Assembly: GCF_044704955.1 (NCBI RefSeq)
Contig: NC_091995.1
Coordinates: forward strand, 13,702,001 to 13,766,000
Length of the DNA: 64,000 nt
DNA from: Pristiophorus japonicus
Taxonomy: Eukaryota
Reading direction: 5' to 3'
In this document: positions 36,707 through 49,200 of the stretch, in pieces
Position numbering within the stretch: position 1 is the stretch's first letter
Layout of the letters: the number at the start of each line of letters is the position of its first letter
Translations under genes and position numbers: made by a program
The notes under the pieces: model-generated
Database searches by the model: none
What the model saw: only the letters and a program-made list of their open reading frames with translations
Told to the model about the DNA's origin: nothing

Positions 36707-37087
36707 ATGCCTGAAGCGGCGTCCAAGGGCATCGCTCCTAAAAAGGGGCCAAAGAAAGCGGCCACCAAAAAACGGGCCAAAGGCGAGAAGAAGCGCAGGA
36801 AGACCAGGAAACAGAGCTACGGGATCTACATTTACAAAGTGCTGAAGCAGGTCCACCCTGACACGGGTATATCGTCTTCGGCCATGAGTGTCATCAACTC
36901 GTTCGTCAACGACATCTTCGAACGAATCGCCTGCGAGGCCTCCCGCCTGATCCGCTACAGCCGGCGGCAGACCATCTCCTCCCGGGAGATCCAAACCACC
37001 GTCCGCCTGCTGCTGCCGGGGGAGCTGGCCAAGCACGCCGTCTCCGAAGGGACGAAAGCGGTCACCAAATACACCAGCTGCAAATAA
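36707..37087 (+). CDS. H2B: Histone H2B, divergent variant (126 aa, two Cys)
   Basis: [15 protein letters not shown]...[12 protein letters not shown]...[31 protein letters not shown]; intact ORF, promoter and stem-loop. Confidence 0.97.
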   Translation: MPEAASKGIAPKKGPKKAATKKRAKGEKKRRKTRKQSYGIYIYKVLKQVHPDTGISSSAMSVINSFVNDIFERIACEASRLIRYSRRQTISSREIQTTVRLLLPGELAKHAVSEGTKAVTKYTSCK

Positions 37088-37126
37088 AGTAACTCGATCC
37101 TCCACTTTGAATATCATCAACCCAAA

Positions 37127-37142
37127 GGCTCTTTTCAGAGCC
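37127..37142 (+). terminator. Histone 3' stem-loop of H2B
   Basis: CCCAAA-GGCTCTTTTCAGAGCC-ATTCA, then GAAGGAACT. Confidence 0.95.
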
Positions 37143-37496
37143 ATTCACGATTTCTCGAAGGAACTATTTATTCTCATTTGTGGCTAAATGACACTTGAAA
37201 TTTGAACAGCACCTTCAAAAAGAATGAAATACTTAAAAAAATATATATATATTTTGTCTTCCTTTTCTGGGACAGTCTTTTAGTTAATTAATCTCGCCGT
37301 TTCAATTTTTTCCCACCTATGTTAAGGTTTTGGTGATGTGTTTATTGTAATCGTTAAATTAAAAGTTGAAATTTAACAATTATATAACACAATTGTCACT
37401 CCTGTTTTGTAAATGTACCGATTTATAAGCAGGTCGCTGAAAAGCTCGTGAAATTAAATTGCCGATTCAAGATCCAGTCAGTTTCAAGGACCAAAG

Positions 37497-37815
37497 TGCA
37501 TAATTCAGAGTTATTGATAATTATTCAGTCTCATAGATGCCATAATTTTAATGATTATTATTGACTCTCGCAGATGCCATAATTTTAATCATTCCGTCTC
37601 AGATGCCAAAATTTTAACAATAATGATTGCCGTAGTTTTAATCATTATTCAATCTCTCAGATGCCATAATTTTAACAATAATGATTATTGAGTTCCGCAA
37701 ATGCCATAATTTTAATAATTGCCATAATTTTAATCATTATTCAGTCTCTCAGATGCCATAATTTTAACAATAATGATTATTGAGTACCATAGTTTCAATA
37801 ATGATTATTATTGAG
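37497..37815. repeat. AT-rich degenerate tandem repeat upstream of H3
   Basis: Core GATGCCATAATTTTAA recurs about 8-9 times with variable ATCATTATT / CAATAATGATT linkers. Confidence 0.75.
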
Positions 37816-37904
37816 TGTCAGTCAGTTCTTCTCCTGCAGGTCGCCTCTTTGATGGTGTCAGTTTTCCCTCCTTTTTTTTGCGGCCGAGCGGATTGAAAAA
37901 CGTG

Positions 37905-37977
37905 CCAATCAAATGCAGAGATTTGCTGGGTTTCCAGCCAGTGAGAAGGCGCCGTTCGGCCGGCGGCTGCTATAAAA
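37905..37977 (+). promoter_or_regulatory. H3 promoter (CCAAT and TATA)
   Basis: CCAAT at 37905; TATAAAA at 37971. Confidence 0.75.
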
Positions 37978-38063
37978 GCAGGAGCCCAGAGCCCGTGAAC
38001 CAGCAGATCGGGGACAGGAGTTTCAGAGTAAGAAGGAGTCAGAGAAAGGAAAAGAATATTTAA

Positions 38064-38480
<417 letters not shown>

Positions 38481-38538
38481 GCCTCTCTCCTGTCCGGCCG
38501 CTTCTTGCAGTCTTGCGTATTTGAGTAACGAAACCAAA

Positions 38539-38554
38539 GGCTCTTTTAAGAGCC
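38539..38554 (+). terminator. Histone 3' stem-loop of H3
   Basis: CCAAA-GGCTCTTTTAAGAGCC, with HDE-like AAAAAAGCTG near 38571. Confidence 0.95.
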
Positions 38555-38811
38555 ATTTAAATCTTTACGAAAAAAAGCTGTAATGTAAAGAAATTAGCAA
38601 ATAATACGAATATTATACATGCAAAATGCTGATGGTGGACATTGGAATAAAAACGCAGGAAATACTCAGCAGGTTATAGATCTGAAACGCTTTAATGTAT
38701 AAAAATAAAATGCTGGAAATTTCGGCATCTGGAGAGAGGAAGCAAGAGTGTTGCAGTGACCGGATTAAAGTTGTAGCATATTAAAATCTTAAAACAGAAG
38801 GAGACCTTTCG

Positions 38812-41499
38812 TGCAATAGTTAGGAAGGACATTAGCTTGGATGATGTGGAATCTATATGGGTAGAGCTGCAGAACACCAAAGGGCAAAAAACGTTAGTGG
38901 GGGTTGTGTACAGACCTTCAAACAGTAGTAGTGATGTTGGGGAGGGCATCAAACAGGAAATTAGGGGTGCATGCAATAAAGGTACAGCAGTTATCATGGG
39001 TGACTTTAATATGCATATAGATTGGGCTAACCAAACTAGGAGCAATACGGTGGAGGAGGATTTCCTGGAGTGCATAAGGGATGGTTTTCGAGACCAATAT
39101 GTCGAGGAACCAACTAGGGGGGAGGCCATCTTAGACTGGGTGTTGTGTAATGAGAGAGGAATAATTAGCAATCTCGTTGTGCGAGGCCCCTTGGGGAAGA
39201 GTGACCATAATATGGTGGAATTCTACATTCGGATGGAGAATGAAACAGTAAATTCAGAGACCATGGTCCAGAACTTAAAGAAGGGTAACTTTGAAGGTAT
39301 GAGGTGTGAATTGGTTAGGATAGATTGGCGAATGATACTTAAGGGGTTGACAGTGGATGGGCAATGGCAGACATTTAGAGACCGCATGGAAGAACTACAA
39401 CAATTGTACATCCCTGTCTGGCGTAAAAATAAAAAAGGGAAGGTGTCTCAACCGTGGCTATCAAGGGAAATCAGGGATAGTATTAAAGCCAAGGAAGTGG
39501 CATACAAATTGGCCAGAAATAGCAGCGAACCCGGGGACTGGGAGAAATTTAGAACTCAGCAGAGGAGGACAAAGGGTTTGATTAGGGCAGGGAAAATAGA
39601 GTACGAGAGGAAGCTTGCAGGGAACATTAAGACGGACTGCAAAAGCTTCTATAGATATGTAAAGAGAAAAAGGTTAGTAAAGACAAACGTAGGACCCCTG
39701 CAGTCAGAATCAGGGGAAGTCATAACGGGGAACAAAGAAATGGCAGACCAATTGAACAAGTACTTTGGTTCGGTGTTCACTAAGGAGGACACGAACAACC
39801 TTCCGGATACAAAAGGGGTCAGAGGGTCTAGTAAGGAGGAGGAACTGAGGGAAATCCTTATTAGTCGGGAAATTGTGTTGGGGAAATTGATGGAATTGAA
39901 GGCCGATAAATCCCCAGGGCCTGATGGACTGCATCCCAGAGTACTTAAGGAGGTGGCCTTGGAAATAGCGGATGCATTGACAGTCATTTTCCAACATTCC
40001 ATATACTCTGGATCAGTTCCAATGGAGTGGAGGGTAGCCAATGTAACCCCACTTTTTACAAAAAGAGGGAGAGAGAAAACAAGACATTATAGACCGGTTA
40101 GCCTGACATCGGTAGTGGGTAAAATGATGGAATCAATTATTAAGGATGTCATAGCAGTACATTTGGAAAGAGGTAATATGATAGGTCCAAGTCAGCATGG
40201 ATTTGTGAAAGGGAAATCATGCTTGACAAATCTTCTGGAATTTTCTGAGGATGTTTCCAGTAGAGTGGACAAGGGAGAACTAGTTGATGTGGTATATTTG
40301 GACTTTCAGAAGGCCTTCGACAAGGTCTCACACAAGAGATTAATGTGCAAAGTTAAAGCACATGGGATTGGTGGTAGTGTGCTGATGTGGATTGAGAACT
40401 GGTTGTCAGACAGGAAGCAAAGAGTAGGAGTAAATGGGTACTTTTCAGAATGGCAGGCAGTGACTAGTGGGGTACCGCAAGGTTCTGTGCTGGGGCCCCA
40501 GCTGTTTACATTGTACATTAATGATTTAGACGAGGGGATTAAATGTAGTATCTCCAAATTTGCGGATGACACTAAGTTGGGTGATAGTGTGAGCTGCGAG
40601 GAGGATGCTATGAGGCTGCAGAGTGACTTGGATAGGTTAGGTGAGTGGGCAAATGCTTGGCAGATGAAGTATAATGTGGATAAATGTGAGGTTATCCACT
40701 TTTGTGGTAAAAACAGAGAGACAGACTATTATCTGAATGGTGACAGATTAGGAAAAGGGGAGGTGCAATGAGACCTGGGTGTCATGGTACATCAGTCATT
40801 GAAGGTTGGCATGCAGGTACAGCAGGCGGTTAAGAAAGCAAATGGCATGTTGGCCTTCATAGCGAGGGGATTTGAGTACAGGGGCAGGGAGGTGTTACTA
40901 CAGTTGTACAGGGCCTTGGTGAGGCCACACCTGGAGTATTGTGTACAGTTTTGGTCTCCTAACTTGAGGAAGGACATTCTTGCTATTGAGGGAGTGCAGC
41001 GAACGTTCACCAGACTGATTCCCGGGATGGTGGGACTGACATATCAAGAAAGACTGGATCAACTGGGCTTGTATTCACTGGAGTTCAGAAGAATGAGACG
41101 GGATCTCATCGAAACGTTTAAAATTCTGATGGGTTTAGACAAGTTAGATGCAGGAAGAATGTTCCCAATGTTGGGGAAGTCCAGAACCAGGGGTCACAGT
41201 CTAAGGATACGAGGTAAGCCATTTAGGACTGAGATGAGGAGAAACTTCTTCACCCAGAGAGTGGTGAACCTGTGGAATTCTCTACCACAGAAAGTTGTTG
41301 AGGCCAATTCACTAAATATATTCAAAAAGGAGTTAGATGTAGTCCTTACTACTAGGGGGATCAAGGGGTATGGCGAGAATGCAGGAATGGGGTACTGAAG
41401 TTGCATGTTCAACCATGAACTCATTTAATGGTGGTGCAGGTTCGAAGGGCCGAATGGCCTACTCCTGCACCTATTTTCTATGTTTCTATGTTTCTATGT
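38812..41499 (+). mobile_element. Young 5'-truncated CR1 with ORF2 nearly intact
   Basis: 644-aa and 204-aa ORFs in the same frame, separated by one TGA at 40769-40771 (CGA in other copies); (TTTCTATG)3 tail. Confidence 0.92.
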
Positions 41500-41689
41500 G
41501 CCTGTGCCGGCTCTTTCTATGCAATTAGTCCCGCTTTCCTGCTACTTTCACAATTATAACATTTCCTTTTGAGAGTTACCGTTGAATCTATTTTCACCAC
41601 CCTTTAAGGCAGTGTTTTCATCATCACAACAATTCACTGCATTAAAAAAATCATTTCTTAATTCAAGGGCTAACAAGGCAAGGCAATAC

Positions 41690-44600
41690 TCAATGAGAAG
41701 TGCAGAGGAACAACAGGACCTTAAAGTGCATTACAGGAAAAATGTTATTGCATTAGAGAGGGTACAGAGGAGATTTACAAGGATGTTGCCTGGTCTGGGG
41801 AATTTTAACTATGAGTAATGATTGATTAGGCTGGGTTTGTTTTCTTTGGAACAGAGGAGGCTGAGGTTAGACCATATTGAGGTGTATAAAATTATGAGGG
41901 GCTGCGACATAGTGGATACGAAGGACTTATTTCCCTTAGCAGAGGGATCAACAACCAAGAGCATAGATTTAAAGTAATTGGTAGGCGGTTTAGAGGGGAT
42001 TTGAGAGGAAATGTCTTCACCCAGAGGGTAGTGGGGGTCTGGAACTCACTGCCTGAAAGGGTGATAGAGGCAGAAAGTCTCACCATATTTAAAAAGTACT
42101 TGGATATGCCGTAAAGTGCCGTAACCTACAAGGCTACAGACAAAAAGCTAGAAACTGGGATTAGGCTGGATAGCTTTGATGACGGGTACAGAGGAGGAAG
42201 CCGAAATGGCCTCCTTCCGTGCTTTAAATTTCTATGATTCTATGAACCATTGAATTTTACAACACGGAATGGAAACTAAATATCTCCCAGTCCTCCCGTT
42301 TGCTACTTTTTCTGGCAAAATTGTATGCCTTTTCCTTGGATTTAACACTATCCTTAATTTCCCTTGTTAGCCACAGTTGAGCCACCTTCCCCGTTCTATT
42401 TTTACTCCAGACAGGGATGTACAATTGTTGAAGTTTGTCCATATGATCTTTAAAGGTTTGCCATTGCCGATCCACCGTCAACCCTTTAAGTATCATTTGC
42501 CAGTCTAATCTAGCCAATTCGCACCTCATACCATCAAAGTTACCTTTCCTTAAGTTCAAGACCCTAGTTTCTGAATTAACTTTGTCACTCTCCATCTTAA
42601 TAAAGAATTCTACCATATTATGGTCAGTCTTCCCCAAGGGGCCTCGCAGAACAAGATTGCTAATTAGTCCCTTCTCATTACACATCACCCAGTCTAGGAT
42701 GTCCAGCTCTCTGGTTGGTTCCTCAAAATATTGGTCCAGAAATCCATCCCTAATACACTCCAGGAAATTCTGCTCCACCGCATTGCTACCAGTTAGTTTA
42801 GCCCAATCAATATGTAGATTAAAGTCACCCATGATTACTGCTGTACCTTTATTGCACACATCCCTTATTTCTTGTTTGATGCTGTCCCCAACCTCACTAC
42901 TACTATGTGGTGGCCTGTACACAACTCCCACTAGTGTTTTCTAACCTTTGGTATTCCGTAGCTCCACCCATACCGATTTCACATCATCCAAGCTAATGTC
43001 CTTCCTTACAATTGTATTAATTTCTTCTTTAACCAGCAACACCACCCCGCCTCCTTTTCCTTTCTGTCTATCCTTCCTAAATGCTGAATACCCCTGAATG
43101 TTAAGTTCCTAGCCTTGGTCACCCTGGAGCCATGTCTCCGTGATGCCAATCACATCATACCCGTTAACTGCTATCTGTGCAGTTAATTCGTCCACCTTAT
43201 TCCGAATACTCCTAGCATTGAGGGACAGAGCCTTCAGGCTTGTCTTTTTAACATACTTTGACCCTTTAGAATTTTGCTGTAAAGTGGCTCTTTTTGTTTT
43301 TTGCCTTGGGTTTCTCTGCCCTCCACTTTTACTATTCTCCTTTCTATATTTTGCTTCTGTCTCCATTTTATTCCCCTCTGTCTCCCTGCATAGGTTCCCA
43401 TCCCCCTGACATATTAGTTTAACTCCTCCCAAACAGCACTAGCAAACACTCCCCCTAGGACATTGGTTACGGTCCTGCCCAGGTGCAGACCGTCCGGTTT
43501 GTACTGGTCCCACCTCCCCCAGAACCGGTTCCAATGTCCCAGGAATTCGAATCCCTCCCCTCTGCACCACTGCTCAAGCCACGTATTCATCTGAGCTATC
43601 CTGCGATTCCTACTCTGACCAGCACGTGGCACTGGTAGTAATCCTGAGATTAGTACTTTTGAGGTCCTACTTTTTAATTTAACTCCGAGCTCCCTAAATT
43701 CGTCTCGTAGGACCTCATCCCATTTTTTACCTATATCGTTGGTACCTATATGCACCATGACAACTGGCTGTTCACCCTCCCTTTTCAGAATGTCTTGCAC
43801 CCGCTCTGAGTCATCCTTGACCCTTGCACCAGGGAGGCAACATACCATCCTGGAGTCTCGATTGCGGACGCAGAAACGCCTATCTATTCCCCTTACAATT
43901 GATTCCCCTATCACTATCACTCTCCTGCTCTTTTTCCTGCCCTCCTGTGCAACAGAGACTGCCTGAGCCTGAATTTTTTTTTCCTTCAGGTACTTATAAG
44001 AACATAAGCACATAAGAAATAGGAGCAGGAGTAGGCCATACGACCCCTTGAGCCTGCTCCGCCATTAAATAAGATCATGGCTGATCTGATCTTGGCCTCA
44101 ACTCCACTTTCCTGCCTGTTCCCCATAACCCTTGACTCCCCTATAGTTCAAAAATCTGTATATCACAGCCTTGAATATATTCAATGACCCAGCCTCCACA
44201 GCTCTCTGAGGTAGAGAATTCCAAAGATTCACGACCCTTGGCCTCATCTCCGTTTTAAATGGGCGATCTCTTATTCTGAAAGTATGCCCCCTATTTCTAG
44301 ATTCACCCACGAGGGGAAACATCCTCTCAGCATCTACCCTGTCGAGCCCCCTCAGAACCTTATATGTTTCAATAAGATCGCCTCCCATTCTTCTAAACTC
44401 CAATGAGCACAGGCCAAACCTGCTCAACCTTCCCTCATAAGACAACCCCTTCAACCCAGGAATCAACCTAGTGAACCTTCTCTGAACTGCTTCCAACGTA
44501 CATATATCCTGTCTTAGATATGGAGAATAAAATTGTACGCAGTACTCTAGGTGTGGCCTCACCAACGCTTTGTACAGTTGTAGCAAGACATCCCTACTTT

Positions 44601-45190
44601 TATACTCTACAACCCTTGCAATAAAGGCCAACATTCCATTTGCCTTCCTAATTACTTGCTGTACCTGCATACTAATGTTTTGTACTTCATGTTCCAGGAC
44701 ACCCAGATCCCTCTGTACCGCAGCATTCTGTAGTCTCTCTCTCTCCATTTAAATAATATTCTGCTTTTCTATTCTATCTACCAAAGTGGATAACCTCACA
44801 TTTTCCCACATTATACTCCATCTGCCAATGTTTTACCCACTCACTTAACCTGTCTATGTCCCTTTGCAGACTATTTGTGTCCTCCTCACAACTTGCTTTC
44901 CCACCGATCTTTGTATCATCAGCAAATTTGGCTACAATATACTCGGTCCCTTCATTCAAGTCATTAATGTAGATGATCCAATTCCCTTTTGAGAGCCATG
45001 ATTGAATCTGCCTCCACCACCCTCTCAGGCAGTGCATTCCAGATCATAAACACTCGCTGCATAAAAACGTTTTTCCTCATGTCGCCTTTGGTTCTTTTGC
45101 CAATCAATTTAAATCTGTGTCCTCTAGTTGTCAACATTACTGCCAATGGGAACAGTTTCTCTTGATGTACTCTGTCTTTCCCCTGTCTGG
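41690..45190. mobile_element. Patchwork of CR1 fragments (41690-42245 +; 42285-43965 - with ORF1 esterase and EN; 43997-44975 - with RT C-terminus; short pieces to 45190)
   Basis: ORF-track peptides match the CR1 ORF1 and ORF2 of other copies. Confidence 0.8.
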
Positions 45191-46246
45191 AGAGTCTAGA
45201 ACTATTAAGAAATTAAGGATAGTATTAGAGCCAAAGAGGAGTCATACAAAGTTGTCAGAAAAAATAGCAAGCCTGAGGATTGGAAGCAGTTTAGCATTCA
45301 GCAAAAAAGGACCAAGAGGGGAAAAATGGAGTATGAGAGTAAACTTGCAACGAACATAAAAACTGACTGTAAAAGTTTCTGCAAGTACGTAAAACGAAAA
45401 AGATTAGCACAGACAAATATAGGTCCTTTACAGACAGAAATGGAAGAATTTATAACTGGGAACAAGAAAATGGCAGAACAATTAATTACATACTTTAGTT
45501 CTGTCTTCACGGAAGAGGACACAAATAACCTTCTCGAAATGCAAGGGAATCAAGGGTCTAGTGAGCAAGAGGAATTAAAGGAAATAATTATTAGTAAGAA
45601 AATAATGCTGGAGAAACTAATGAGACTGAAGGCCGATAAATCCCCAGGGCCTGATGATATGCATCCCAGAATACTAAAAGGGGTAGCCATGGAAATAGTG
45701 GATGCATTGATTGTCATCTTCCAAAATTCTATAAATTATGGAACAGTTCCTGCAGATTGGAGGGTAGCAAATGTAACCCCACTATTTAAAAAAGGAGCGA
45801 GAGAGAAAACAGGCCAGTTAGCCAAACATCAGTAGTAGGGAAAAGACTGGAGTTCATTGTAAAGGATGTGATAACGGCGCACTTAGATAATATCAACAGG
45901 ATTAAACAAAGTTAACATTTATGAAAGGAAAGTCATGTTTGACAAACCTACTGGAGTTTTTTGAGGATGTAACTGATAGAATAGATAAGGGAGAACCAGT
46001 GGATGTAGTGTATTTGGATTTTCAGAAGGCCTTTGATAAAATCCCACATAAGAGGTTAGTGTGCAAAATTAAAGCACATAGGATTGGGGGTGATGTATTG
46101 GTGTGGATTGAAAATTGGTTAACTGACAGGAAACAGAGAGTAGGAATAAATGGGTCTTTTGCAGGGTGGCGGGCAGTGACTAGTGGGGTACCACAGGGAT
46201 CAGTGCTTGAGCCCCAGCTATTCACAATATATATAAATGATTTGGA

Positions 46247-49200
46247 CACTGTCAACCGTGAGCATCCTCCTCCATTTCGGATGCCCCCAAAACCATCCTC
46301 CGCCTACTCCACGATGACATGCAGGCCATGATGCTTACAACCCCAACCTCTGTCATCGAGCTACAGAATGCAGACGACGTCTGTGTCTGCACACATACAG
46401 AGGTTGAACTCCAGGATATAGTCGACGTATTTACTGAGGCGTACAAAAACATGGGCATTACACGAAACATCAGCAAGACAAAGGTCCTCCACCAGCCTGT
46501 CCTTACCACACAGCACTGTCACCCAGTCATCAAGATCCATGGCGGGACCCTGGACAACATGGACCACTTCCCATATCTCAAGAGCTTTCTATCAACAATA
46601 GCAGTCAATGATGATGAGATCCAACACGGCCTCCAGTGCGCCAGTGTAGCCTTCGGCCGCCTGAGGAAAAGAATGTTTGAAGACCGGGCACTCAAAACTG
46701 CCATCAAGCTCATGGTCTACAGAGCTGTAGTAATACCCACCCTCCTGTATGGCTCAGAAACATGGACCATGTACAGTAGACACCTCAAGTCGCTGGAGAA
46801 ATACCTCCAAAGATAACTCTGCAAGATCCTTCAAATCCCATGTGAGTACAGACGCACCAACATTAGTGTCCTCGACCAGGCCAACATCCCCACTGACCAC
46901 ACTTGATCAGCTCCATTGGGCAGGCCACATAGTTTGTATGCCAGACACGAGACTCCCAAAGCAGGCGCTCTACTCGGAACTCCTTCACGGGAAATGAGCC
47001 AAAGGTGGGCAGCGGAAAAGGAGGTGGCAGTCGGAGAGGCCTATAAAAGTCCCAGGAGCAGTGGGAGTTCGAGGTGGCCGCAGTTGGAGAAGCCTATAAA
47101 AGGCCCGGGAGCAGCAGGAGTTCGAGGAGGTGGCAGTCGGAGAGACCTATAAAAGGCCCGGGAGCAGCGGGAGTTCGAGGAGGCGGCAGTCGGAGAGGCC
47201 TATAAAAAACCCGGGAGCAGCGGGAGTTTGGAGAGGCGGCAGTCGAGGAGCTAGCTGGTGCAGGGGCAGAGGCAGAAGGTAAATGAAGAAGTAGAAAGAA
47301 ATCAAAGGATGACGTCACAGACAAGCGGGTAAGTGAGTGGCTGGTAGATTGGTGAGTATTTAATCTTTTTTTCTTCTTTTTATTTCGTTATCAGAAGGTA
47401 ACCTTTGAAATTGTTGTCAAATTAAGTTAATCTAAGCGTTAAGTCATGGCAGGAGAGCCCAGACCTGTGTCATGTTCCTCCTGTGCTATTTGGGAAGCCA
47501 GGGATGCTTCCAGTGTCCCTGACGACTACAAGTGCAGGAAGTGTATCCTACTGCAGCACCTGACAGACCGCATTGCAGCACTAGAGCTGCGCATGGATTC
47601 ACTCTGGAGCATCCTTGATGCTGAGGGTGTCGTGAATAGCACAGTTAGTGAGTTGGTCACACAGCAGGCAACGGTTACTCAGGCAGATAAGGAATGGGTG
47701 ACTATCAGGCAGAGCAGTGGAAGGAAGGTAGTGCAAGGGTTCCCTGCAGTCCTCCCCCTCCAAAACAGATACACCATTTTGGCTACTGTTGGGGGGGGCT
47801 GACTCATCAGGGGGAGGCAGCAGCAGTGAAGTTCATGGCATCATGGGTGACTCTGCTGCATAGGAGGGCAGGAAGAAGAGTGGGAGAGCTATAGTGGTAG
47901 GGGATTCTATTATAAGGGGAATAGATAGACATTTCTGCGGCCGCAATCGAGACTCCAGGATGGTATGTTGCCTCCCTGGTGCAAGGGTCATGGATTTCTC
48001 GGAGCGGCTGCAGGACAATTTGGAGGGGGAGGGTGAATAGCCAGTTGTCATGGTGCATATAGGTACAAACGATATAGGTAAAAAATTGGATGAGGTCCTA
48101 TAAGCTGAATTTAGGGAGCTAGGAGTTAAATTAAAAACCAGGCCCTCAAAGGTAGTAATCTCAGGATTGCTACCAGTGCCATGCGCTAGTCAGAGTAGGA
48201 ATTTCAGGATAGCTAAGATGAATACGTTGCTTGAGGAGTGATGCAGGAGGGAGGCATTCAAATTCCTGGGGCATTGGAACCGGTTGTGAGGTAGGTGGGA
48301 CCAGTACAAACTGGACGGTCTGCACCTGGGTAGGACCAGAACCAATGTCCTAGGGGGAGTGTTTGCTAGTGTTGATGGGGAGAGGTTAAACTAATATGGC
48401 AGGGGGATGGGAACCTATGAAGGGAGACAGAGGGAAGTAAAATGGGGGCAGAAGCAAAAGACAGAAAGAAGAAAAGTAAAAGTGGAGGGCAGAGAAACCC
48501 AAGGCAAAAAGCAAAAAGGGCCACATTACAGCAAAAGTCTAAAGGGACAAAGTGTGTTAAAAAGACAAGCCTGAAGTGTCTGTGCCTCAATACGAGGAAT
48601 ATTCGTAATAAGGTGGACAAATTAACCGCGCAGGTAGCTATTAACGAATATGATATAATTGGGATTACGGAGACATGGCTCCAGGGTGACAAAGGCTGGG
48701 AACTCAACATTCAGGGGTATTCAACATTCAGGGAGGATAAACAGAAAGGAAAAGGAGGTGGGGTAGCATTGCTGGTTAAAGAGGAAATTAATGCAATAGT
48801 AAGGAAGGACATTAGCTTGGATATGTGGAAACTGTATGGGTAGAACTGCGGAATACCGAAGGGTAGAAAACGCTAGTTGGAGTTGTGCACAGACCACCAA
48901 ACAGTAGTAGTGAGGTTGGGGACAGCATCAAACAAGAAATTAGGGATGCGTGCAATAAAGGTACAGCAGTTATCATGGGTGACTTTAATCTACATATAGA
49001 TTGGGCTAACCAAACTGGTAGCAGTACGGTGGAGGAGGATTTCCTGGAGTGTATTAGGGATGGTTTTCTAGACCAATATGTCGAGGAACCAACGAGAGAG
49101 CTGGCCATACTAGACTGGGTGATGTGTAATGAGAAAGGACTAAATAACAATCTTGTTGTGTGAGGCCCCTTGGGGAAGAGTGACCATAATATGATAGAAT

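Noticed and set aside
38837-41398. Active autonomous LINE or host RT gene
   Set aside because: 5'-truncated within the endonuclease, lacks ORF1, and has an in-frame TGA at 40769.
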